A stretch of DNA of 64,000 nucleotides from Candidatus Limnocylindrales bacterium (GCA_035559535.1 DATMBG010000017.1:62001-126000); one strand, 5' to 3'. Counted from the first letter of the stretch, positions 30,045 through 40,817 are shown. Notes: generated from the sequence alone by a model not told the origin. Numbers and translations are program-made.

Positions 30045-30908
30045 TTACTCAAACTTTTCCCATCGTTCTCCTAAGAGTCCATGAGGTCTTGTGAGCAGAA
30101 TGATAGCCATCAGGATATACATGGAAGCCTGGGCCCCGGGTGGCCAGAAGCGAATGCTGAGGGTGACAATCTCTCCGACCAGAAGTCCTGCTACAATAGC
30201 TCCCCAAAAACTTCCGAGACCCCCAATGGTTACAACCACAAAGGCAGCGGTGGCTATTTCGTTTCCCATGGCCGGTTGTACGCCGGCCAGGGGAGCGGAA
30301 AGAACTCCGGCCAATGCAGCCAGTGCAATTCCAAGGCCGAAAACCAGCGTAAAAATAGAATTGAGACCTATCCCCAGCATCCGTACCATCTCGGGATCTC
30401 GGGTTCCGGCACGAATGATGGTTCCATACCTGGTTTTTTCAAGAAACCACCAGAGTCCCACAATAATCGTAGCCGTGCATATGAGAGTAAACAGGCGATA
30501 TTTAGAATAGATAAACGGTCCGATGGGAATAGCTCCAAACAAAGCCTTGGGAATATCAAAAGGATAACCACTGGGACCCCAGATAATTCGGATCAATTGT
30601 TCAATGACCATAGCCAGACCGAAGGTAAACAAAAGTCCCAGGAGCGGATCTCCTGAATAAAGCCGTCTTAAAAACAGTACTTCGATCAGCATTCCCAGAA
30701 TGGCCACAATAATGGGAGAGATAATAAGAACCCCTGTAAAACCCAAAGCATGTTGGAGTTGGACAGCAAAATAGGCTCCCAAGGCGTAAAAAGCCCCATG
30801 GGCAAAGTTAATCACCCCGATCATTCCAAAAATAATGGACAATCCCAGTGCCACAATTACATATAAGGTTCCTACTACAAGACCATTGGCGATGTATTCC
30901 CACAACAT
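30045..30908 (-). CDS. livH: Branched-chain amino acid ABC permease, LivH-like
   Basis: GVINFAHG and VVVTIGGLGS motifs; start moved to MLWEYI because the ORF-track extension is repeat sequence. Confidence 0.88.
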   Translation of the reverse strand: MLWEYIANGLVVGTLYVIVALGLSIIFGMIGVINFAHGAFYALGAYFAVQLQHALGFTGVLIISPIIVAILGMLIEVLFLRRLYSGDPLLGLLFTFGLAMVIEQLIRIIWGPSGYPFDIPKALFGAIPIGPFIYSKYRLFTLICTATIIVGLWWFLEKTRYGTIIRAGTRDPEMVRMLGIGLNSIFTLVFGLGIALAALAGVLSAPLAGVQPAMGNEIATAAFVVVTIGGLGSFWGAIVAGLLVGEIVTLSIRFWPPGAQASMYILMAIILLTRPHGLLGERWEKFE

Positions 30909-30917
30909 AAGTAAAAA

Positions 30918-31015
30918 GTATGGGAGTATAGAGAGTGTGGGAGTGTGGGGGGTAGAACTCCCATACTCCCATGCTCCCATACCCCCAGTACGGGCGACTG
31001 GCCGGTCGCCCCTAC
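30918..31015. repeat. Inverted octamer arrays plus a GTAC REP-like hairpin
   Basis: gtatgggag.. / ..ctcccatac arrays; gtacgggcgactggccggtcgcccctac at 30988-31015. Confidence 0.8.
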
Positions 31016-31030
31016 ACACCCTATGGTCTT

Positions 31031-32317
31031 TTATAGGGGTTCCAGCTTACAGCCTTCCTCTTTTTTCATCATGATGGTTTCCAGGGATTCATTCTTACCT
31101 GGGATCTCTTCGAGAACTTCAAAAATGTCCCAGGGGTCTTTCATTTGTGCCTTTGGTTTGACTTTAACCACATACAGGGGTTGCATGAGTTGGTGATCCC
31201 ACTCACGAAACTTACCCGGTCGTCCTTTATAAATTTCAAATTCGACGCCGCTTTCTAAGAATTTCACCAGGTCTTTACTTTGGGTTCCTCCCGTTTTTTC
31301 TATGGCTTGCAGGATAATCTGCATGGCCACATAATCGGACCAGGCCTGATTATCAGGGGGTTTCTCAAACTTTTTCATGAATCGAGCAGTAAATTCTTTA
31401 GCAGCAGGTACATCAATCCCATGATACCAAAGAGAGGGCCAGACCCCGGTAATGGCATCAGGACCTGCGGCCCAGAATTGGACGGTATCCATAACCCCTC
31501 CGGCCGTCTCAAAGGGCGCTCCGAACTCTTTGTATTGCTTCAGAAAAGTAGTTTGATCCACTCCGGCCAGGTTCAGAAACAGAAGATCCGGATTCACAGA
31601 TTTTAACTTGAGAATATAGGAGCTATAATCCGGGGTATTCGTAGGAATCATATCATTCCCCAGTTCGGTCCCTCCATGTTCTAGAAGAAGTTTTTTAGAC
31701 ACACGATAGAGGTCATGCCCAAAGGCATAATCGGCCGTTAGAAAATACCACCTGCTAAACTTCTGGTTCTTAATCAGCCATTGCCCGATGGTATTTACAT
31801 ACATGGTGTTGCTACCTTCTGTGGAGAAAACATATCGATGGCATTTGGTTCCCCGGATCTCATCTGAATTAGCCCCGGTATTGATAAAGGGAATCCCTGC
31901 CTCTTGAGCAACCTCACCAATCGCCAGCGTCGAAGCACTGCTGATCTCTCCTACCAGAGCAACAACTTTGTCTTTTTCAATCAACTTCCTCGCTTTTTGA
32001 ACCGCCGTACCTGGATTTACGGAGTCTTCATAAATCACTTCGATAGGCCTGCCCAGAACACCCCCCCTGGCATTAGCCTCTTCAACAGCCAGTTGGACTC
32101 CCATAACGGCATAAGCCCCGATTTGACCTAAAAATCCGGTACGAGGGGTAATGTGTCCTATTTTGATGGGTTCTGCAGCAAAGGCTTTAGAAAATAAAGG
32201 CTTTCCAAAATTTCCAATAATGGCGGCAGCCCCTAACCTTCCTGTAACCTTTAACCATTCCCGTCGCGTTAGTCCGTAAGGGTTAGAACTTTCAGGTTCT
32301 TGTTTCTCTTTTAACAT
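31031..32317 (-). CDS. ABC substrate-binding protein (LivK-like) with a Tat signal
   Basis: TRREWLK..AFA signal; IKIG, GGVLGRPIE and ADYAFG motifs. Confidence 0.9.
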   Translation of the reverse strand: MLKEKQEPESSNPYGLTRREWLKVTGRLGAAAIIGNFGKPLFSKAFAAEPIKIGHITPRTGFLGQIGAYAVMGVQLAVEEANARGGVLGRPIEVIYEDSVNPGTAVQKARKLIEKDKVVALVGEISSASTLAIGEVAQEAGIPFINTGANSDEIRGTKCHRYVFSTEGSNTMYVNTIGQWLIKNQKFSRWYFLTADYAFGHDLYRVSKKLLLEHGGTELGNDMIPTNTPDYSSYILKLKSVNPDLLFLNLAGVDQTTFLKQYKEFGAPFETAGGVMDTVQFWAAGPDAITGVWPSLWYHGIDVPAAKEFTARFMKKFEKPPDNQAWSDYVAMQIILQAIEKTGGTQSKDLVKFLESGVEFEIYKGRPGKFREWDHQLMQPLYVVKVKPKAQMKDPWDIFEVLEEIPGKNESLETIMMKKEEGCKLEPL

Positions 32318-32572
32318 AAAATTCCTCCTTGATCCCTCCTTAGAATTAAAGGTGTAAAAGTTCTATTTTAGTGTTCAATAACTTCTAACAATTCCTGCAA
32401 AAATTTCAGGATCCTCTTCTTTGATAGGATAAAAATTTCATCCAATAGTCAAGGGAAAAGTAAATCAAGGTGAAAATTTGCCGATGTATAGACCCCCTTG
32501 CAGGAAGTTAATCTTCTGTTTCGGTCAATGAATCCGGTTGACTTTTCATTCCCTGTTCTGCCTCTTCTCCAA

Positions 32573-33826
32573 TCAGGAAGCTCCTAGGATGGGAAACACT
32601 GTATCTTTCAAATATTTAATGGATTTATCCAATGCTTTCAAGATATTATCCCGGTCTTTAGGTTTTGTTCGAATCTCGGGATCTCGCAGCGTTTTCTCTT
32701 TATATCCAACCTTTTCAAACAAAGGAAGTACCGAGGCAGGCAATTCATCCGGTAATTGAACCCCGTTCATGATGGCCCAGGCGAGGGTCCAGGCCCTTGC
32801 TACATTACTGAGATTGTATCCCCCACCCCCAAGGGCAATCCATCGAGGTGCCAGATCTTTAATCTGGCTGACGACCCTGGAAAATCCGTTGGTAGTCAAT
32901 AACATGGTTGCTAAAGGATCGTCATGGAAACTGTCAACTCCCAGTTGGGTCACCACAAAATCGGGCTTATATGCCTTTAGAAGGGGAGGGACTATCTCAG
33001 AGAAACCGTATAGATAAATTTCATCATCGGCTCTGGCGAGAAAAGGAAGATTAACCGAGTATCCCTTACCCTTACCCTCTCCGATTTCCGTTTCAAATCC
33101 GGTTCCTGGAAAGCGAAACCGTCCACTTTCGTGAAGGTCAATGGTTAAAACCTGATCCGTATCATAAAAAGCCGCCTGAACCCCATCCCCATGATGGACA
33201 TCGATATCAATATAGGCGATTCGATACCCTTGATCCATAAGCCAGGCAATGGCAACAGCCGGGTCATTTATATAACAAAATCCAGAAGCCTTATCTGGCA
33301 TGGCGTGGTGGAGTCCTCCGGCAATGTTAAAAGCCGTACTTACTTTTTTTCTTTCCACCCCCCGGGCTGCCTGTAAACTGCCTCCTGTGGTTAATAAAGA
33401 CCACTGGTAAACACCTGGAAAGACGGGATTATCTCCTGTACCCAACCCATACTTATGATAGGCCTGTTTCTCAATTCCTTTATCGGCATCCTCCAGAACA
33501 TCCAAATAATCAGGCGTATGAATCCGCTCTAACTCTTGACGGAGTGCTTTTTCAGGTGTGAGAAGTTGCGTTTCAGGAAGGTCGAGAAGGCCATAAGCCT
33601 TAATCAGTTCATAGGTCAGCTTGAGTCGATAGGGTTTTAAGGGATGCTGTCCCCCATAATCGTATTGGAGATAGGCATCGGTATAGAGAAAGGCGGTTTT
33701 CCCGTCCCCTACGGTTTCCTGAGCCCGGACTGGGAAATTTGAAACAAAAGAACCCGTGGCAAGGGCCGTTATGGTCTGACCGAGTTTGATGAGGAACTGT
33801 CTTCGGGAAAAGGAATATGGGTTCAT
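32573..33826 (-). CDS. acuC: AcuC/histone deacetylase-family Zn deacylase with a Tat-like signal peptide
   Basis: HPLKPYR, GGLHHA, SGFCYIND, DIDVHHGDG and GGGGY motifs; N-terminus SRRQFL..VRA-Q; start set at ATG 33826. Confidence 0.88.
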   Translation of the reverse strand: MNPYSFSRRQFLIKLGQTITALATGSFVSNFPVRAQETVGDGKTAFLYTDAYLQYDYGGQHPLKPYRLKLTYELIKAYGLLDLPETQLLTPEKALRQELERIHTPDYLDVLEDADKGIEKQAYHKYGLGTGDNPVFPGVYQWSLLTTGGSLQAARGVERKKVSTAFNIAGGLHHAMPDKASGFCYINDPAVAIAWLMDQGYRIAYIDIDVHHGDGVQAAFYDTDQVLTIDLHESGRFRFPGTGFETEIGEGKGKGYSVNLPFLARADDEIYLYGFSEIVPPLLKAYKPDFVVTQLGVDSFHDDPLATMLLTTNGFSRVVSQIKDLAPRWIALGGGGYNLSNVARAWTLAWAIMNGVQLPDELPASVLPLFEKVGYKEKTLRDPEIRTKPKDRDNILKALDKSIKYLKDTVFPILGAS

Positions 33827-34000
33827 GCTGTTTAAAAATACTTGCAAAAAGAAAATTTTTTAATAGCCAGAATTGTTCAAGACGATGCTTTTCTTTTATG
33901 TTTATTATAGTTGTACTCTTCTTTTGTGTAAAGAGCACCTTCCTAACTGGTATCTGTATCGGTACGGAAGAAAACCACCCCTCTGACCCTCCTTTGAGGG

Positions 34001-34070
34001 CATAGGTGCTAGGATAAGAGTGAGATCCATGAGGAACGCCCCTTCCGATCCCTGTGAAACGGGGGAGAAC
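34001..34070. repeat. Partial copy of the outer MITE showing an empty target site
   Basis: cataggtgctaggataagagtgagatcc matches 18984-19011; single cctgtgaaacggggg from 34051. Confidence 0.75.
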
Positions 34071-34131
34071 AGGGAGGATGTTTCTTCTTCCACCTACTAG
34101 ATTGATCCAAATACTTTAACTTACAAATACC

Positions 34132-34161
34132 TTGACTTAAAATTTACTTATTATTTATAAT
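34132..34161 (+). promoter_or_regulatory. Sigma-70-like promoter
   Basis: TTGACT-N18-TATAAT upstream of the NYN gene. Confidence 0.6.
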
Positions 34162-34209
34162 GTTTGTATTCTGTTTAATTAGAAAATAATTCTCATTGAG
34201 GTATATTGT

Positions 34210-35436
34210 ATGGAAAAGATATTTTTGGCCATTTTTATAGATCTTGAAAACATTCCCAGCAGACTCAATTTAGAAGTTTTGATGAATTCCCTTATTTTGA
34301 GTGAACAATCTAATTATAATTTTGTTTTTGCTTACAAGGCAGCTTACGGGGCATTAAATTCGATTTCGTCGGAGTTAAAGACTCAATTAAGAGATTACAA
34401 CTTTTCTATGCAGGAAAAACCGCATATCGGATCCAAAAAAAATAGGGCGGATTTATTTATCAGTATTGATGCCTTTGAAACCTTGTATGTCAACAATCCT
34501 GCATTGGATCGGTATATTTTTGTAACCAGCGACTCGGATTTTACCGTAATTATGGATAAACTCCGGAAATATGGAAAAGAAGTGTGGCTGGTATGTCGGA
34601 AAGATGATGAAGAGCGGCAGATCCTGGCGAAATCCTGTGATAAAATGCTCTTTTTAGAGGATTTTTATCAGAGTGATTCCGGTGGTTTTGATGAAAAAAC
34701 GAAACGGGAGTACCTCGAGGATAATGATAGAAAAGCCCGGGAGTTATTTAAAGAGGTTCTGACCAGTATTGATTTAGAGAGACTCCCCTATAATATTTCG
34801 GTTATTAACGATAGGATGAAGCAGTTGGATAAGAGTTTCGATATCAGGTATACCAGTTATAAAAGATTTGGAGAGCTGGCCAGGTATTTTGAGAAAAAGG
34901 GTATTATCAAGGTAGATGATCAAAAATTAGGATTTCCCACTCTTATCGATATCGATTTATCTAAAATAGAACAGGAAGGTTTACCTGCCCAACATAAGAG
35001 GGATTATAGCTATAAGGATGTATTTAGAAACAGGAACATCATTATAGGGAATAACACGAGATATCAAATCATTAAAAATATGATCGAGAAAATAGATGGC
35101 AAAGTTACCCCATCAGATTTAGCAGATCTTGCTGAAATTCCTAATAGACTGTTTAAATCCTATATTAAGATAATCTTTAATTTACCCTTTATAAGGGTTT
35201 CAGATTCTAATACCTTTTCAAGTCCTATAGAGTTGGATGTGGAATTGTATAAAAAGTCAAATCTTGAAGATGAGATTAACAAATATTTAATAAGAAAATT
35301 GCAAAGTATCCTGGATACAAAGGCTATTGATACCAAAGAATTATCCAAGTGTCTGTATGGGGATGTAGAGCATGAAAGTTATCTCAATAATCTGATCATG
35401 ACCATGGAAACCCGAGACGCGAAGATCGAAACTTAG
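34210..35436 (+). CDS. NYN (LabA/DUF88) domain protein with an OST-HTH/LOTUS-like domain and a C-terminal extension
   Basis: FIDLEN, KNRADL..IDA and TSDSDF motifs; LOTUS-like SFDIRYTSYKRFGEL; AT-rich coding sequence. Confidence 0.82.
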   Translation: MEKIFLAIFIDLENIPSRLNLEVLMNSLILSEQSNYNFVFAYKAAYGALNSISSELKTQLRDYNFSMQEKPHIGSKKNRADLFISIDAFETLYVNNPALDRYIFVTSDSDFTVIMDKLRKYGKEVWLVCRKDDEERQILAKSCDKMLFLEDFYQSDSGGFDEKTKREYLEDNDRKARELFKEVLTSIDLERLPYNISVINDRMKQLDKSFDIRYTSYKRFGELARYFEKKGIIKVDDQKLGFPTLIDIDLSKIEQEGLPAQHKRDYSYKDVFRNRNIIIGNNTRYQIIKNMIEKIDGKVTPSDLADLAEIPNRLFKSYIKIIFNLPFIRVSDSNTFSSPIELDVELYKKSNLEDEINKYLIRKLQSILDTKAIDTKELSKCLYGDVEHESYLNNLIMTMETRDAKIET

Positions 35437-35480
35437 GAAAAGGGTTAGCAGTTTTTAATCTCTAGTTTCCGGCCTTTTCT

Positions 35481-36656
35481 CTAGTTTTCTTCCTTTGCAA
35501 CCGGTAGTGAAAAGGTAAAGGTAGAGCCTTTCTCGTAAACGGAATCTACCCAGATATGACCCCCATGGAGTTCCACGATTTTTTTGGCAATGGCTAACCC
35601 GAGTCCCGTGCTGGTCTCACCCTGGGTCGGTTTGGTGGTGGTTCTTCCGAACTTTGTAAATAAAGTACCTAGTTCTTCGGCTCGAATCCCCTGCCCCTGG
35701 TCCTGAATACTCACTTCAATTTGGCTATCTCGATGGATAGCTTTGATTTTAATAGAACTCTCGGGATAAGAGAACTTGATGGCATTACTGATCAGATTAT
35801 CTAGAACTTCATGAATTCGTCGGGGATCCACATACACCGGGGGAAGATTCTCTGGAATTTCTGATAGGAGTTGAATTCCCTTGTTGGTGGCCAGGTATTG
35901 ATTCTTCTCCAGGTTCTCCTTCAGGAGAGAATCTAACTGTATTTTTATCCTTGTCAGCTTCAATTTTCCAGATTCAATGGCATGGATATCCAACAGGTCT
36001 TTGATGAGTTCTAAGGCCTGATAGCAAGAATCATAGATAATATCAAGATACCTCATCTCTCGCTGGCTGGCTCTCCCTGTCAGGGACTTTCGAAGAAGAT
36101 CTGCAAAATTTATGATAACCGTTAAGGAGTTACGCAAATCGTGGGCTACCATACCCAGGAGTTCATCTTTTCTTTCATTGGCCTGTTTGAGTTCCCGGGT
36201 TCTTTCTTCAACTTTTTGATCTAATTCCTTGTTAATCCGGATGAGATCTTCAATCAATTTTTTGTTTTGCCGGCTGAGTTCATAGGCTTCCAGGGCGCGT
36301 TTAAGCGTAATTCGCAATTCGTTCTCATCCCAGGGTTTGGTGATATATCGATAAACCCGGCCTGTGTTAATGGCATCGATCAAAGCCTCAATGTCGGTAA
36401 ATCCCGTAAGGATCATCCGGATGGTGTCGGGGAACTCCGGAATGGTCTTTTCAAGGAACTGGACCCCGGTCATATGGGGCATCCTCTGATCGGTGATAAT
36501 TAAGGCAATATCTTTTTCTTTCCGTAAAATGTTCAGCCCTTCGTCTCCGGATAAAGCAGTAAAAACTTCGTACTCTTTCCGAAAAGTCTCCTTAAAGGTT
36601 GTCAGATTGTGCAACTCATCGTCCACGTAAAGGATTTTATACTTTTTTTCTCCCAT
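35481..36656 (-). CDS. Hybrid receiver-histidine kinase
   Basis: YVDDE, TDQRMP and TKPW receiver motifs; AHDLRN H-box, NAIKFS, DQGQGI and GLGL. Confidence 0.92.
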   Translation of the reverse strand: MGEKKYKILYVDDELHNLTTFKETFRKEYEVFTALSGDEGLNILRKEKDIALIITDQRMPHMTGVQFLEKTIPEFPDTIRMILTGFTDIEALIDAINTGRVYRYITKPWDENELRITLKRALEAYELSRQNKKLIEDLIRINKELDQKVEERTRELKQANERKDELLGMVAHDLRNSLTVIINFADLLRKSLTGRASQREMRYLDIIYDSCYQALELIKDLLDIHAIESGKLKLTRIKIQLDSLLKENLEKNQYLATNKGIQLLSEIPENLPPVYVDPRRIHEVLDNLISNAIKFSYPESSIKIKAIHRDSQIEVSIQDQGQGIRAEELGTLFTKFGRTTTKPTQGETSTGLGLAIAKKIVELHGGHIWVDSVYEKGSTFTFSLPVAKEEN

Positions 36657-36739
36657 GCCAAAAACGAGAGGGCGAAAGAGAGAATGAAGAAATAGGAGGA
36701 AAGTAAGTACTTTCCTATTCCCCCATCCTTACCCGCGAC

Positions 36740-38848
36740 CTAACGGCTTTGTTTAATCGGTAAGGTGATAATAAATTCCGATCCCACCCCTACCTCACTC
36801 TGAACTTCTATTTTACCGTGATGTTTTTGGATAATCCCATAACTGATGGAAAGCCCTAAACCGGTTCCTTCCCCCACCTGTTTGGTGGTAAAAAACGGAT
36901 CAAATATTTTCCCCAGGATTTCCTGGGGGATTCCAGATCCAGAATCTTTAATACTGATTTTAACCTTATCCTCTACACGCCAGGTTTTTATACGAACCTG
37001 ACCGGTATTTTTAATAGCCTGAGAAGCGTTCACCAGAAGATTCATGAAGACTTGATTAATCTGCCCTGCATAGCACTCTACCGGAGGAATATCTCCGTAT
37101 TCCCGAATGACTTCAATTCGATTTTTATAAGGGTTGGAGAGTAGATTGAGGGTACTCTCTAAACCCTCATGTAAATTAACTTCCTTAAGTTCTGCCTCGT
37201 CGGGACGGGAAAAACTTCGTAAATCCCTGACAATTCGTACCGTTCTCTGAACCCCTTCTCGAATGCTTTCCAGCATATTATAAATGCCGTTTATGGCGTC
37301 TTCATATTCGATTTCTTTTTTGAAGGCCTCCACGTCTCGAACAAAGTTCTCTAGTTGATCCGGCTTTATAGAGGAAAGTTCAGAGTATTTACGAACCAGA
37401 CTGATGAGATCATCGATATTTCGGCGTAGGGGTGTTAATCCCGATGAGATAAAATTAACCGGGTTATTGATCTCATGGGCTACCCCGGCAACCAGTTGTC
37501 CCAGGGAAGCCAGTTTCTCAGACTGGACTAATTGAAGTTGAGCATTTTGGAGATCTTGATGGGCCTTTTTTAATTCCTCATAGGCTTTTTTCAACTCTTC
37601 TTCAGCCCTTGCTTTTTCAGTGTTGTCCTGAATCAAGCACAATAAGGTCTTCACCTGGCCATCTTCTCCCAGGATAGGAGTTAAAACTACGTTGAGCAAA
37701 ACTTCCTTACCGGTAAGATAAGAGGTATAGGGAATATTGAATCCCTTAAAGGGAATCCCTTTCTCTAAGGCATCCTTAAAAACATGAAGTAGTCCGGTAT
37801 CTCTAATGGTCGGTATTTCAACGACTTTCATACCCACAGCGGTTTCTGAGCCTTTAAAACCCATAATTTCAGCCCATGCCGGATTCTGACTCGTTACAAT
37901 TCCCTGATCGTTCACGGTGGAAATTCCAATGGGTGCATTCCGTATAATACTTTCGTTGAATCGGTATAATTCCTCCAACTCTCGGGTTCTTTCGGCGACT
38001 TTCTGCTCCAGGGTTCGGCTGTATTCTTCCAGTTGTTCGTAGGACTGTCTTAACCGGGAAGTCATTTGATTAAAAGCTTCGGCTAATTCACCGATTTCAT
38101 CTCTGGATTTTATGTCAACCTTCTGGGTCAGATCTCCCCCGGAAATAAGATGGACACTATGAACCAGCTTCTGAATCGGAGTGGTAATCCGCTTACTAAT
38201 TAAGCTTAAAATGATACTTCCCATAATCAAGAAAATACCGGTAATAATCCCCGCGGTTTTCCATGTGGCTTCCAGTTTATGGGAAAGACGTTCCTTAACT
38301 TCTTTGATTTGAGAATAAGAGGTTTCCAGATCAAAACCTATCCGAAGGGTTCCGAGTCGTTCCCCTTCACTTTGGATAGGAACACTCACCTCCATGATAT
38401 CCTGACCCTGTCTTTGATATTCGTAAATGGTCACATCTTTTATCTGAGAGGCTTCTATATCGACGGGCTCATTGAGAATTTGATTGACCTGATTTACATC
38501 GGTATGAACTAAAACCTGTCGGGAGTTGTCCATGATCAGGATAAACGAAATTCCAGGACTTCCTTCGGCAGCAGCACGAATGAGATCCGATAAAAAGGTC
38601 AGGTCAAACCCTGCAATGGCATTCTCAGAGGCCAGAGCCAGCGTTCTGGCAAGAGCTATACCCCGCCTTTGCAAGTTACCTTTGATAATCCGGACTCTGC
38701 TCTCCATTTCCTCCTGTAAGTTGTTCTCTTGATTTTTGATATAAATATAGCTGAGTAGAGGAATTAAAGTCAGAAATAGAGGTAGTACGGTAAGGATAAG
38801 CTTGGTTTGAATGGGAAATCGATTTGGCAATACCCGGAAGTATTTCAT
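36740..38848 (-). CDS. Membrane sensor histidine kinase (periplasmic, HAMP, PAS, HisKA, HATPase)
   Basis: Two TM helices; [30 protein letters not shown] and GTGLGL motifs. Confidence 0.92.
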   Translation of the reverse strand: MKYFRVLPNRFPIQTKLILTVLPLFLTLIPLLSYIYIKNQENNLQEEMESRVRIIKGNLQRRGIALARTLALASENAIAGFDLTFLSDLIRAAAEGSPGISFILIMDNSRQVLVHTDVNQVNQILNEPVDIEASQIKDVTIYEYQRQGQDIMEVSVPIQSEGERLGTLRIGFDLETSYSQIKEVKERLSHKLEATWKTAGIITGIFLIMGSIILSLISKRITTPIQKLVHSVHLISGGDLTQKVDIKSRDEIGELAEAFNQMTSRLRQSYEQLEEYSRTLEQKVAERTRELEELYRFNESIIRNAPIGISTVNDQGIVTSQNPAWAEIMGFKGSETAVGMKVVEIPTIRDTGLLHVFKDALEKGIPFKGFNIPYTSYLTGKEVLLNVVLTPILGEDGQVKTLLCLIQDNTEKARAEEELKKAYEELKKAHQDLQNAQLQLVQSEKLASLGQLVAGVAHEINNPVNFISSGLTPLRRNIDDLISLVRKYSELSSIKPDQLENFVRDVEAFKKEIEYEDAINGIYNMLESIREGVQRTVRIVRDLRSFSRPDEAELKEVNLHEGLESTLNLLSNPYKNRIEVIREYGDIPPVECYAGQINQVFMNLLVNASQAIKNTGQVRIKTWRVEDKVKISIKDSGSGIPQEILGKIFDPFFTTKQVGEGTGLGLSISYGIIQKHHGKIEVQSEVGVGSEFIITLPIKQSR

Positions 38849-39284
38849 GATCTGAACCCCTTTATACGCTGAACTCCCGTCAAAATTGACTCCTTATTAA
38901 GGTAGAAACATCATCCTATATTTTATTATCTCCGTCAACAAATTATTTAGAAATGTCTCCTCCGTGTTGGTTGGTAGCTGTAACCTTTTCCTAACCTCCT
39001 TAGGGCTTTCAAGGGAATGAATCGTTGATAGGTCCCGGGCAAAATATCCTTTCCCCTACCCCTTTCCCTGAAAATATGCCCTCCTGACCCACCTCAAAGG
39101 AGGATTTTAGTAGGGAACGATTCCCCCTAGGTTCCCTCTTGAGGGGAGCAGGAGGTACTTCTTCTTTCACTTACCAGGGGATACAGATTCTTTTAGAAAA
39201 AGTTAAAAGTTAATCGGAAAATGGGAAGAAAAATGAAATGAAGAAAGAAAAAGAGATTGCTTGAAGCCTTCTCTCTACGGGTGT

Positions 39285-39755
39285 TTAATACACAAGAAAG
39301 TCTTGTTTTTCGGTTGTATGGGTTTCTCTTTCCTTGTCTTGGCAATCTGAACAAAGGCCATAGAGTTCGTGCTTGTGGGTCTGAATGATAAAACCATGTT
39401 GCCTGGCAATCTGTTCCTGAAGCTTTTCAATAGCCTCGTTTTCGAATTCAACAATCTTACGGCATTTGGTACATATGAGGTGATCGTGGTGGGCCTGGAC
39501 AAGCTCGTAACGCGTCTGTCCATCACCAAATTGCCTTTGTTGAACCAGACCGCATTCACATAACAGATTCAAGGTTCGATAGACAGTGGCAAGTCCGATC
39601 ATGGGATTTTGCTTACAGACAATTTGGTAAAGCTCTTCTGCGGTTACGTGACCCTTTACAGACAGGAAGGCTTCTAGAATAAGCTCACGCTGTTCCGTAA
39701 GCTTTAACTTGTTTTGACTGATATATTCTCGAAGGACTTGTTTTTCTCTACTCAT
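39285..39755 (-). CDS. fur: Fur family transcriptional regulator
   Basis: TEQR, ATVYRTL, HHDHLICTKC and GLCSDC motifs. Confidence 0.92.
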   Translation of the reverse strand: MSREKQVLREYISQNKLKLTEQRELILEAFLSVKGHVTAEELYQIVCKQNPMIGLATVYRTLNLLCECGLVQQRQFGDGQTRYELVQAHHDHLICTKCRKIVEFENEAIEKLQEQIARQHGFIIQTHKHELYGLCSDCQDKERETHTTEKQDFLVY

Positions 39756-40168
39756 AATCTGATATAATTAATTTAACTCAATTTTTGATTAGGAACAACC
39801 CTTCTTTTTATAGGAAACCTTAAGCCAACCGGGGTTAGTTTAAAACCTATGGAGGGGGAATCGCTTTACCGTTTTTAATGAATAAAAAGGTATCCAAATC
39901 TGAAATTGACTATGGATGAATAAAGGCGGAGGGACCCAAGGGGAAAATTTTAAGCGTTCAAGTGGGAAATTAAGGCAAATTCCCTCGAATTGAGAGGTTC
40001 GACTTTACAGGATATTCTCTTCGAGAAAAAAGGCTGAAGGCACTTTAAGCGCCTGCCTTAAAACAACGGGTACTTCCTGTTTACAGTTCATGGTGAAACT
40101 TTCCTCCTTCTATAGACCACGAAACAGGTTTTTAGACTCGGAAAAAATAAGCCTGGAGATTCCTCTTT

Positions 40169-40387
40169 TTAGCAGATCCGGCATCTCCATGCCTTGAAGG
40201 TTTCTGGATTCCTCTTTTCGGTCCTCTTTCGCCCTTCTTTCCGAATCTGTAAGAGGGTATATCCATCCGATAGCAGGGCCGTAGAATCTTCTATGTTGAC
40301 CGGATTGAAACCCATTTGGGTTATATAAAAGTTTATCCAATAATTTAAATCCTTCACGTAAAGTTCCACACGATGATTATTAGCCAT
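40169..40387 (-). pseudogene. Probable truncated VOC/glyoxalase-family remnant
   Basis: RVELYVKDL....FY...GF is a typical VOC start, but the ORF ends after about 72 aa. Confidence 0.4.
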
Positions 40388-40565
40388 AGGTTGTTTATTC
40401 AAACCCATCCTGGGTCTTCTTCTGACGATATTGGTTTAAGAGAAGCAGAAAACATCCACTTACCAATTGGTAAGGGTTAAATAACGTTTCTTCTGAGAAT
40501 ATCCTCAGGGCTTTCTTAAGGGCTGAGTTTTTGCCTATAAGAACTCCATCCCTCATGGGGTTCAA

Positions 40566-40817
40566 TTATTTAGAGCCCTCTGGGACGGTTGTAATTGCCT
40601 TCGGAACCGGCAGTTCTTTTCCTGTAACTGCCTCTGGAGAAATCTTAGGTTTAGATTTCAAGAAGCTTTCCATTTCCCGCTGAACATATTTACCCGTCAC
40701 CAACCCAGAGTCCGCCACACTGTTCTGCCTAAAAGCTGGAGCCCGGATCAAAATCATACTTCCAACTATAGCCATGGCAATTAGACAAATATTTATCAAA
40801 ATATCTTTCATTTTCAT
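40566..40817 (-). CDS. Small membrane-anchored or exported hypothetical protein, paralogous to the upstream gene
   Basis: N-terminal hydrophobic helix; EMESFLKSKPKISPE..KELPVPKAITTVP resembles EMGSFLKPKPVTPPE..KEFSLPQVIYQVP of 40971-41417. Confidence 0.65.
   Translation of the reverse strand: MKMKDILINICLIAMAIVGSMILIRAPAFRQNSVADSGLVTGKYVQREMESFLKSKPKISPEAVTGKELPVPKAITTVPEGSK

Noticed and set aside
30909-31019. N-terminal extension of LivH
   Set aside because: It is encoded by octamer repeats and a REP hairpin
39780-40110. Possible c-di-GMP riboswitch or tRNA fragment (ggcaaa, ggttcga)
   Set aside because: The remaining conserved elements and a cloverleaf are absent
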